Below are positions 1 through 9,200 of a stretch of 64,000 nt of DNA, piece by piece; positions within the stretch are counted from its first letter, which is position 1; each line of letters starts with the position of its first letter. The notes under the pieces were generated by a model. That model saw nothing but the letters and a program-made list of their open reading frames with translations, did no database searches and was not told where the DNA came from. Source of the stretch: Eledone cirrhosa. Its lineage: Eukaryota. The position numbers were made by a program, and so were the translations under genes. Location: positions 403,992,001 through 404,056,000 of the forward strand of contig OZ024740.1 of assembly GCA_964016885.1 (NCBI GenBank), written 5' to 3'.

Positions 1-739
1 AATGTTTATCTCTCAATACTAATATCTAACATACACATTTCTTTGTCTTTTAATCGATCTAGCCAAGTCAACTACTTCACTTTTTCTGATCAGGTGCTCA
101 GGCATGTTGGCTCTTAAATTAGGCCTTTGGGGTTCAAGTAACTTACTTAGTCGCCCCCACAGAAGTTGAATTCAATACTGGCAGTGGTGAAGATTTCCGA
201 CATTCTTGATCTTCGTACCACCTGTTTATTCACTGCTGTTGTGGTGGAATTGGCCACTCCCAGGAGTGAGACCCGCATGTTGATTATTTCGATGTGTCTC
301 TCTTGCTATCTTCCGGGGAAATGCTTGCTTCATTCTGTCCGCTAGGACCACGAGGTGGCTTGCACCTGAGTTTCTACATGCCAGAAGTTGTTCTCCCACA
401 CCATCCGCCGGCTCGTATCATTGCGATAGCGACGACTGAGTATTCTTTTTCATACTTTTCTGTTGTTGATTTTATTTTTAGAAGATAAATAGATAGTTTT
501 CTAACAGACTATAAAATGAAGGGTTGTTTCTATTCTGCATAACCTATTTTCAGCTGTTGACTGTGAGCGTTAAATAAGCTCACCTGCATCATAAACACGT
601 GTTGTTGGTAAAAACAAAGTACTTCTAAGGTCATAGTTGATTGAACGCATGGCTGTAAATATATACTCTAGGCTCATTCTTTTAATTCCTCGGAGAATTG
701 AAAGAATGTGAACAGGTTATTGTTTGGCGGTAGGGATTA

Positions 740-793
740 GTGACCTAAATTTTAAAATTGTCATACAAAGAACAGGACCCGAAATCTGGTCAC
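740..793. mobile_element. Possible degenerate 54-bp MITE remnant
   Basis: GTGACCTAAATTT at 740 and AAATCTGGTCAC ending at 793 form an imperfect inverted repeat. The direct repeat GGATTA flanks both sides (734-739, 794-799). It is short, so a chance match cannot be excluded. Confidence 0.3.
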
Positions 794-859
794 GGATTAG
801 TTACTCTAGACTCTTATCTCTATACATTGTCCTTCGTCAGGATTCGTACTACTATATTT

Positions 860-965
860 TAGACCTGTCAACTCTCCCCATTTTGCCTCATTTCTCCCCG
901 TTTCGGGACATTTTTCTTTTTCTTCTTGGTACACCCGTTAGGGTTTTTAGAGGTTGGCAGGTCTG
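860..965. mobile_element. Small MITE-like non-autonomous DNA transposon (hAT-like termini), 106 bp
   Basis: Left end TAGACCTGTCAAC (860-872) and right end GTTGGCAGGTCTG (953-965) are inverted repeats matching at 11/13 positions; both mismatches are C>T transitions on the left end. An identical 6-bp direct repeat ATATTT flanks both sides (854-859, 966-971). The superfamily assignment is inference. Confidence 0.6.
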
Positions 966-1721
966 ATATTTACTCATAGCTAAATAGATGTTTATGGCAA
1001 TGTATCCCAACTGATATTTAGTATGAGCTTTGTAAATATCAGTTAAAAACTTAAACATCATTACTATAAATGTGACGGAAGCTGTTTTTGGATATTTATA
1101 ATGCGAATCATATACGTTTGTTGAAAACTGATATCACAAGAAAAGGAAACGGCATGTTCTTTTAGCATTTTAATCAGTGGTCAATAATTTTGAGGTACTG
1201 TAATCTAAATTATGAATGTTAACTGGATAACACATCACCCAAATAAAGAAGTGGAATACCATGTAGGTTTATAGAAACTCTAAATATCAGGGGTAGATTG
1301 CTCACAACATTGCCCGTCTGTTGCTGAACACGCAACTCCAAAATTGCTTTAAAATTCTTATTTAATAGTTTACTACTACTTCTAGCTGAAAGGTTTCATG
1401 ATACATCACTTGCTGATCTAATAATATAATGTTTCACCTTGATAATTATATGACTTCAGTAGCAATAGCTTAGTAGAACCTTCCTACATGCTGCTTCAGC
1501 TGCTCTTTATATTTCTTTGCCGTATTGCTGTTAATATTTTTCTTTCTATTTTCTGTTATTATTTCTGCTGCAATCATTGCTATTATTCAACTTCATTTTG
1601 TTAATAATTTAGTTTCAGTCAATCATTGATTTTACTCCTCTTTCTCAAGTTATTTTTGGCGCCGTTATTGACACTTTTGTGGCGGCGTGTTTTATTATTA
1701 GGCATTGTGTCCATAGTAGAA

Positions 1722-1808
<87 letters not shown>
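1722..1808 (+). repeat. (ATT)29 microsatellite, 5' flank of the retrotransposon
   Basis: Perfect ATT run read directly. It ends exactly where unique sequence GGCGACCTACG begins at 1809. Confidence 0.98.
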
Positions 1809-2016
1809 GGCGACCTACGTAGTAAATCGTATCATCGTGAGCTCCGCAAAGGTTTGTTATTTCCGTTTGTTAAAAATTGCCATTTATGGAAAATTTTATT
1901 GTTAACTGTTTATAAGCACACATACATTGTTTTCCGAAAAGGAAACCCAAAAAGATTGGGGCCTTGTGCCCAAAATTTTAACTTTTATTATTATCAAAAA
2001 ATTTCTTTGAAAAAAA

Positions 2017-3971
2017 ATGGCTACTTCACCTCTGCACGAAGCAGCTGAAAGCCTTCCTCACAAAATAACACCTCACACCGACACCACCATTGTAAATGTT
2101 ACTACGTTTGCCAACACAAAAAAAAATATAAGCAGTAGCAATATTTTAAATTTGTCTCAGGCAGACATTCATTTCCCGCCATTACCAATGACTGCAGGTG
2201 TTAAAGCCTCCACCACCACCACCACCGCGACAACCACCACCACCACCACCACCACCGCGACAACAGAAACAAAAGAAGAAAAAATAAATTAACTCGTGAT
2301 GTCGAAATGAAATCAAGCAAAATGGACTCTTCCCCACCAAAGACGACTGACGTCACCACCACCACAACTGAAACTAAAATTAATATTAACGATAGCAACA
2401 ACAACAACAATGACATTATAACCCCCCCCCCTCAGTTTCGCCAGAGTAGCAAAACAATTCGAAGCATTTACCGTAACTCAGGAAGATTTAGAAAATGCCA
2501 AACAAATGGTAAAGAAAGATGGGTACAGGGTCAGCCTCACCCCCCCCTAATAAAATGGAGCATCGGCGCCTATGCACCGTGTCGTATAGAACAATAAATG
2601 TAAAATCGCGCCGAGTGGAACGGGCATCCGAGTCCCAAATCCAAAAAGCTTTGGGACATGTGTGGGCAAGAAAAACCCACATCAGACGTGGGCAAAAGTA
2701 TGGAACCGTGGACGTGTTCTTTGAAACACCAGAGGAGGCTAGAGAACACTCCATGGCCCCATTAAAAAGTGACGACTTCACACTCGTCCCAAGCTATTGT
2801 GGCCAGAGACTCGTAAAGATCAGGGTGACTCACGTTCCACCGGCCATCGAAATTCCCTGGCTAATAGCGGCCGTCCTCGCCGGCATCGAAGCCAACACGA
2901 AAATAATAGCAATAGCAAAAGAAAAGCAGGAAAACTGGTCCGGATCTGGGATGGAGCTCCTGATCCAAGCGGACCAAAAAAGCATTGAGGAGATCCCAGA
3001 GGTAATAGACCTCACTGACGGCAGCCACCTCACGGTAATTGTCGAGGGCAGAAGACCTAGGTGTGTCGTTTGTGGTGAAGGAACCCACCTAAGGGCTTTC
3101 TGCCCTCAGGCTAAAAGGTTGAGGCCACCTCTCCTACCCACCCCAGTGACACAACCATCAACACCACCAGTAGCAGAGATGGCAGCAACAACTGTAGCAG
3201 CAACAGAAGCAACTATAACAGCAACAACCCCAGCAACAGTAGCAAAACCAACACCACCACCACCCAACGCTTCAGAACTAGCACCAGCGCCTACACCATC
3301 CACCACGCCACAACCAAAACTAACGGCTGTGGAGGATTTTCCACTCCCCGGCCTATCACAACTGGAGACAGATTGTGACGACGAGGAGTGGGAAACGATA
3401 TCAGGAAAAAAAAAAAGAAACCAAAAAAAAAAATTCTATTCCTTCCCCCTCCAAAAACAAAATACAGAGGGAAACAAATAAATTAAGATACAAAAAAGTT
3501 AGGACAGATATGCCACCATCCACACCAGCATCACCAACCCTATCAACCCAAACACCAACACCATCACCATCATTAACCCCAACACCACCATCACCTACAC
3601 CACAAAAGTCACCAAAATGCGAAACAGAAACAAACCCACAACAAACGCAAACAAAACAAAACAACCAAAACGATACACACTACACAGCATTAAATTTGAA
3701 CAACAAGCAATTATTACACTACATCCAACACAACACCAGCATCACAGAAAAAGACTACACAACAACCCCAAAATTCACACCACCTCCACACATACAAATC
3801 ACTCGCATCACACAGAAAACGTACATGACACTAAAACAAAAATTCCCCAAAGACATCGGAGACTTCCGACAAGCACTCTCCAGGAGGATTTATAAGGACA
3901 TCCTTCCTGAGGAGGCCACAAGCAGTGAAAAGGATGGAAAAACCGTCCTTCCCCTACGAGAAGTAAGGTAA
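2017..3971 (+). pseudogene. Retrotransposon ORF1 (gag-like nucleic-acid-binding protein with CCHC zinc knuckle), split by four homopolymer frameshifts; ~650 aa if repaired
   Basis: The core ORF 2519-3481 contains RRPR-CVVCGEGTHLRAFC (CX2CX4HX4C, 3062-3103), preceded by a probable RRM-like region (GTVDVFF...KIRVTHVPP). Single-base changes at A6 (2279-2284), C10 (2422-2431), C8 (2540-2547) and A11 (3406-3416 or 3423-3433) join ORFs 2017, 2307, an ATG-less segment PLSFARVAKQFEAFTVTQEDLENAKQMVKKDGYRVSLT, 2519 and 3375. The 2017 start is the least certain part. Confidence 0.75.
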
Positions 3972-4005
3972 GTGGTCTTTCCCATCTTTTCCACTCCTTT
4001 TCAAC

Positions 4006-4944
4006 ATGACCTCACTCAGAATAGGCAGCATAAATGCGCGTGGCTTGGGGTCGTCATGGAAGCAGAGCCACCTGCTCAACGACCTCAGGTCACTAAACAT
4101 AGATGTAGTGGCCATCAGCGAGACCAGAATCTCCGAAGCACAGGCTTTCGCACCGATCTTCGGCGGCTACGATGTGTACGCATCTCCCAGCCGTCCGGGA
4201 TCGGGGGGAGGAGTTGCTGTGCTTTTTCGGAGAGGTTTGGATCTTGCCATACGGGCCATCTTCCTGGACCCAGAAGGTAAGTTGGTGGTGCTGGACGTGA
4301 CCAGCGGAGACGGGCAAGCTTTCAGGTTAGTGGCCGTCTATGCCCCGACAGGAGCAGGGCGTCCTGATTTCTTCCGGCGTCTGGAGACCTTTCTTGGAAC
4401 GTCCCGCTCTTTAGTGTTAGTGGGCGACTGGAACGGGATCTTAGATGCACGCTGGGATTGTGTGGGATTAGTGGATAGGGAAGGAGGGTGCAAGAGTCTC
4501 ACCAACCTGCTCAGACGTTTTGAACTGTCTGACAGGTACCGAATGGATTTCCCGAATGTACCAATGTGGACTTGGACAAATCGCATAGGGTCATCCAGAT
4601 CATATCTAGATAGAGTATTTTGTAGGGAAATAGATAGGTCTAGCATAGGCTGTCCACAATTCAAGATAGTCAGCTACACGGACCACAAATTCGTGATCTG
4701 TGTGCTTGACTTAGATAGGCTTCATAGACAAGGACCCGGCTACTGGAAGCTAAACGCGTCCTTACCAGCGCGCAAGGCCTACAGAGACCGGATTAGCGAA
4801 CTAGTTAAGCGGGCGTTGACGGGGGCCATCGTCAACAACAAGTGGTGGTTTGCTCTGAAAAGAGCAATTAGAATAGAGTCCATTAGGTTTAGTAAGACTT
4901 TAGCAATAGAGAAAAATAGAGCACTCTTCCCAGCATTTTGTTGA
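4006..4944 (+). pseudogene. Retrotransposon ORF2 N-terminus: APE-like endonuclease domain, truncated before the RT
   Basis: Canonical APE motifs occur in order: SINARGL, VAISET, GGGVAVLF, VAVYAP, VGDWN, TW, SYLDRVF, TDH, then GPGYWKLN. It ends at 312 aa, and no RT (YADD-type) motif is seen downstream. Confidence 0.93.
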
Positions 4945-5008
4945 AAGATGGGTGAGAGAAGCAAGTATGGCTCCAATGAATGGGCCTTCTCTGAGTATGT
5001 GTCTGTAA
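4922..5008 (+). pseudogene. Probable extreme C-terminus of ORF2, joined out of frame by the internal deletion
   Basis: The +1 frame relative to ORF2 reads HSSQHFVERWVREASMAPMNGPSLSMCL* (TAA 5006-5008). F-x-x-R-W shortly before the stop resembles Tx1 ORF2 C-termini (from recall, not aligned), and a UTR-like stretch follows directly. Confidence 0.55.
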
Positions 5009-5245
5009 ATTAAAGGTGGAAAACTGGGAGAGGGCACTTGCCCTGGTGGTCAGGGCCACCGTGGTCTTTTAATGGGCTTTCTCCACAAATGTCCCTCGGA
5101 AGTCTCCCCCCCCCCCCTATTGGGGAAATTTTCTTTGTTATTTTATTTCAACCTCCGTTTTTTTACACGCAGAAATGCCCATTTGTACCGTCCTGTATTG
5201 TCCTGTACTGTTCTTAATGTCTACTTTATGTGAACCCTTGTGGTT

Positions 5246-5251
5246 AATAAA
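5246..5251 (+). promoter_or_regulatory. Polyadenylation signal AATAAA at the element 3' end
   Basis: AATAAA lies 6 nt before the start of the (ATT)n tract, the usual position in L1/Tx1 elements. Confidence 0.7.
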
Positions 5252-5256
5252 GAAAA

Positions 5257-5257
<1 letters not shown>

Positions 5258-5311
<54 letters not shown>
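5258..5311 (+). repeat. (ATT)18 microsatellite, 3' flank or tail of the retrotransposon
   Basis: Perfect ATT run read directly, in the same orientation as the 5' run. Confidence 0.98.
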
Positions 5312-5314
<3 letters not shown>

Positions 5315-5545
5315 GAACAAAAGTAGAAACTTTATAGAAGGCAAAAAAACAAAAATGTAATCTATGCAAATCAACAGGCCATTTGAGAGCCTCCTGCCCG
5401 CAAAAAAAAACAGGAAACCAGAAGCCACCACTATTACTAAAACCTCCACTTCAGCAAAAGCAACAACAACAACAACAGTATGCCACAAATGCAGTAACAA
5501 CAACTACTGCGCAGCAGCAAAAAATCCCAAAAGACCAGCAGGGCT

Positions 5546-6221
5546 AACAGCAGCATCAAAGGCAATATACCATCACCAACAACAGCAGCATCAGAGGCAA
5601 TATACCATCACCAACAACAGCAGCAGAAGTACCACCATCACCAACAACAACAGCACTAACAGCAGCAGAAGCACTACCATCATCAACAACAACAGCACTA
5701 ACAGCAACAGCACTACCATCAACAACAACAGCACCAACAGCAGAAGCACTACCATCATCAACAACAACAGCACTAACAGCAACAGCACTACCATCAACAA
5801 CAACAGCACCAACAGCAGAAGCACTACCATCATCAACAACAACAGCACTAACAGCAACAGCACTACCATCAACAACAACAGCACCGACAGCAGCAGCACT
5901 ACCATCACCAACAACAACAGCACCAACAGCAGCAGCACTACCATCACCAACAACAGCACCAAAAGCAGCAGCACTAGCATCCCCAACAACAACAGCACCA
6001 ACAGCAGCAGCACTACCATCACCAACAACAGCACCAACAGCAGCAGCACTACCATCATCAACAACAACAGCACTAACAGCAACAGCACTACCATCAACAA
6101 CAACAGCACTAACAGCAGAAGCACTACCATCAACAACAATAGCAGCACCAGCAGCAGCACTACCATCAACAACAACAGCACCACCAGCAGCAGCACTACC
6201 ATCAACAACAGCAACAGCACT
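5546..6221 (+). repeat. Diverged proto-satellite zone (33-39 bp AAC/AGC-rich units, including a 35-bp pair and a 75-bp dimer about x3)
   Basis: AACAGCAGCATCA(A/G)AGGCAATATACCATCACCAAC occurs twice (5546, 5581). A 75-bp period is visible at 5700/5775/5850. Units carry AGCACTACC rather than the mature AGCTTTACC. Confidence 0.85.
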
Positions 6222-9200
6222 AACAGCAGAAGCTTTACCATCACCAACAACAACAGCACCAACAGCAGAAGCTTTACCACCAACAACAACAACAGCACTA
6301 ACAGCAGAGGCTTTACCATCAACAACAACAACAGCACTAACAGCAGAAGCTTTACTATCAACAACAACAACAACAGCACTAACAGCAGAAGCTTCACCAT
6401 AAACAACAACAACAGCACCAAAAGCAGAAGCTTTACCACCAAAAACAACAACAGCACTAACAGCAGAGGCTTTACCATCAACAACAACAACAGCACTAAC
6501 AGCAGAGGCTTTACCATCACCAACAACAACAGCACTAACAGCAGAACTTTACCATCACCAACAACAACAGCACTAACAGCAGAACTTTACCATCAACAAC
6601 AACAACAGCACTAACAGCAGAAGCTTTACCATCAACAACAACAACAGCACCAACAGCAGAAGCTTTACCATCAACAACAACAACAGCACTAACAGCAGAA
6701 GCTTTACCATCAACAACAACAACAGCACTAACAGCAGAAGCTTTACCATCACCAACAACAACAGCACTAACAGCAGAACTTTACCATCACCAACAACAAC
6801 AGCACTAACAGCAGAAGCTTTACCATCAACAACAATAACAGCACTAACAGCAGAAGCTTTACCATCAACAATAACAACAGCACTAACAGCAGAGGCTTTA
6901 CCATCAACAACAACAGCACCAACAGCAGAAGCTTTACCATCAACAACAACAACAACAGCACTAACAGCAGAAGTTTTACCATCACCAACAACAACAGCAC
7001 TAACAGCAGAAGCTTTACCATCAACAACAACAACAGCGCTAACAGCAGAACTTTACCATCAACAACAACAACAGCACTAACAGCAGAGGCTTTACCATCA
7101 CCAACAACAACAGCACTAACAGCAGAAGATTTACCATCAACAACAACAACAGCACTAACAGCAGAAGCTTTACCACCAACAACAACAACAGCACTAACAG
7201 CAGAAGCTTTACCATCAACAACAACAACAGCACTAACAGCAGAAGCTTTACCATCAACAACAACAGCACTAACAGCAGAGGCTTTACCATCACCAACAAC
7301 AACAGCACTAACAGCAGAGGATTTGCCATCACCAACAACAACAGCACTAACAGCAGAAGCTTTACCATCAACAACAACAACAGCACTAACAGCAGAAGCT
7401 TTACCACCAACAACAACAGCACTAACAGCAGAGGCTTTACCATCAACAACAACAACAGCACTAACAGCAGAGGCTTTGCCATCACCAACAACAACAGCAC
7501 TAACAGCAGAAGCTTTACCATCAACAACAACAACAGCACTAACAGCTGAAGATTTACCATCAACAACAACAACAGCACTAACAGCAGAGGCTTTACCATC
7601 AACAACAACAACAGCACTAACAGCAGAGGCTTTACCATCAACAACAACAACAGCACTAACAGCAGAGGCTTTTCCATCACCAACAACAACAGCACTAACA
7701 GCAGAGGCTTTGCCATCACCAACAACAACAGCACTAACAGCAGAAGCTTTACCATCAACAACAACAACAGCACTAACAGCAGAGGCTTTGCCATCACCAA
7801 CAACAACAGCACTAACAGCAGAAGCTTTACCATCAACAACAACAACAGCACTAACAGCAGAAGATTTACCACCAACAACAACAGCACTAACAGCAGAGGC
7901 TTTGCCATCACCAACAACAACAGCACTAACAGCAGAAGCTTTACCATCAACAACAACAACAGCACTAACAGCAGAAGCTTTACCATCAACAACAACAACA
8001 GCACTAACAGCAGAGGCTTTACCATCAACAACAACAACAGCACTAACAGCAAAGGCTTTGCCATCAACAACAACAACAGCACTAGCAGCAGAAGCTTTAC
8101 CACCAACAACAACAGCACTAACAGCAGAAGCTTTACCATCACCAACAACAACAGCACCAACAGCAGAAACTTTACCATCACCAACAACAACAGCACTAAC
8201 AGCAGAAGCTTTACCATCACCAACAACAACAGCACTAACAGCAGAAGCTTTACCATCACCAACAACAACAGCACTAACAGCAGAAGCTTTGCCATCACCA
8301 ACAACAACAGCACTAACAGCAGAACTTTACCATCAACAACAACAGCACTAACAGCAGAAGCTTTACCATCGACAACAACAACAGCACTAACAGCAGAGGC
8401 TTTACCATCAACAAAAACAACAGCACTAACAGCAGAAGCTTTACCATCACCAGCAACAACAGCACTAACAGCAGAAGCTTTACCATCAACAACAACAGCA
8501 CTAACAGCAGAAGCTTTACCATCATCAACAACAACAGCACTAACAGCAGAAGCTTTACTATCAACAACAACAACAGCACTAACAGCAGAAGCTTCACCAT
8601 CATCAACATCAACAGCACTAACAGCACAACTTTACCATCACCAACAACAACAGCACTAACAGCAGAAGCTTTACCATCACCAACAACAACAGCACTAACA
8701 GCAGAAGCTTTACCATCACCAACAACAACAGCACTAACAGCAGAACTTTACCATCAACAACAACAGCACTAACAGCAGAAGCTTTACCATCGACAACAAC
8801 AACAGCACTAACAGCAGAGGCTTTACCATCAACAAAAACAACAGCACTAACAGCAGAAGCTTTACCATCACCAGCAACAACAGCACTAACAGCAGAAGCT
8901 TTACCATCAACAACAACAGCACTAACAGCAGAAGCTTTACCATCATCAACAACAACAGCACTAACAGCAGAAGCTTTACTATCAACAACAACAACAGCAC
9001 TAACAGCAGAAGCTTCACCATCATCAACATCAACAGCACTAACAGCACAACTTTACCATCACCAACAACAACAGCACTAACAGCAGAAGCTTTACCATCA
9101 CCAACAACAACAGCACTAACAGCAGAAGCTTTACCATCACCAACAACAACAGCACTAACAGCAGAACTTTACCATCAACAACAACAGCACTAACAGCAGA

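Larger units (their letters stand above)
1809..5257 (+). mobile_element. Tx1/L1-clade non-LTR retrotransposon, apparently 5'-complete, internally deleted (no RT)
   Basis: Layout is 5'UTR, ORF1 (CCHC knuckle), 34-nt spacer, ORF2 with APE endonuclease, probable ORF2 C-terminal remnant, 3'UTR, AATAAA (5246-5251), GAAAAC, then (ATT)n. Both ends abut ATT microsatellites. The GPGYWKLN motif after the endonuclease is typical of L1/Tx1 ORF2. Confidence 0.88.

Noticed and set aside
60-488. Slightly GC-richer stretch with a 64-aa ORF, possibly an exon or decayed TE
   Set aside because: No recognisable motif was found in the frames examined, and the minus-strand frames contain several stops.
1809-1885. 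HDV-like or hammerhead ribozyme at the retroelement 5' end (GGCGA could pair with TTGCC at ~1876-1880)
   Set aside because: I could not build the nested double pseudoknot or find a CUGANGA/GAAA core by eye. An Infernal or RNArobo search would be needed.
1626-2048. 140-aa ORF with a poly-Ile tract
   Set aside because: It is a translation of the (ATT)29 microsatellite plus the element 5'UTR, with a non-ATG start.
2201-5503. Short overlapping or antisense ORFs within the retroelement (e.g. 2488-2781, 3972-4280, 4338-4664, 5138-5503)
   Set aside because: They are shadow frames of ORF1, ORF2 or the microsatellites, with no independent motifs.
5364-6614. 416-aa Asn/Ser/Thr-rich ORF entering the array from unique sequence
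   Set aside because: It has no signal peptide or domain, and it stays open only because the repeat lacks stops in that frame. It ends after two 38-bp units.
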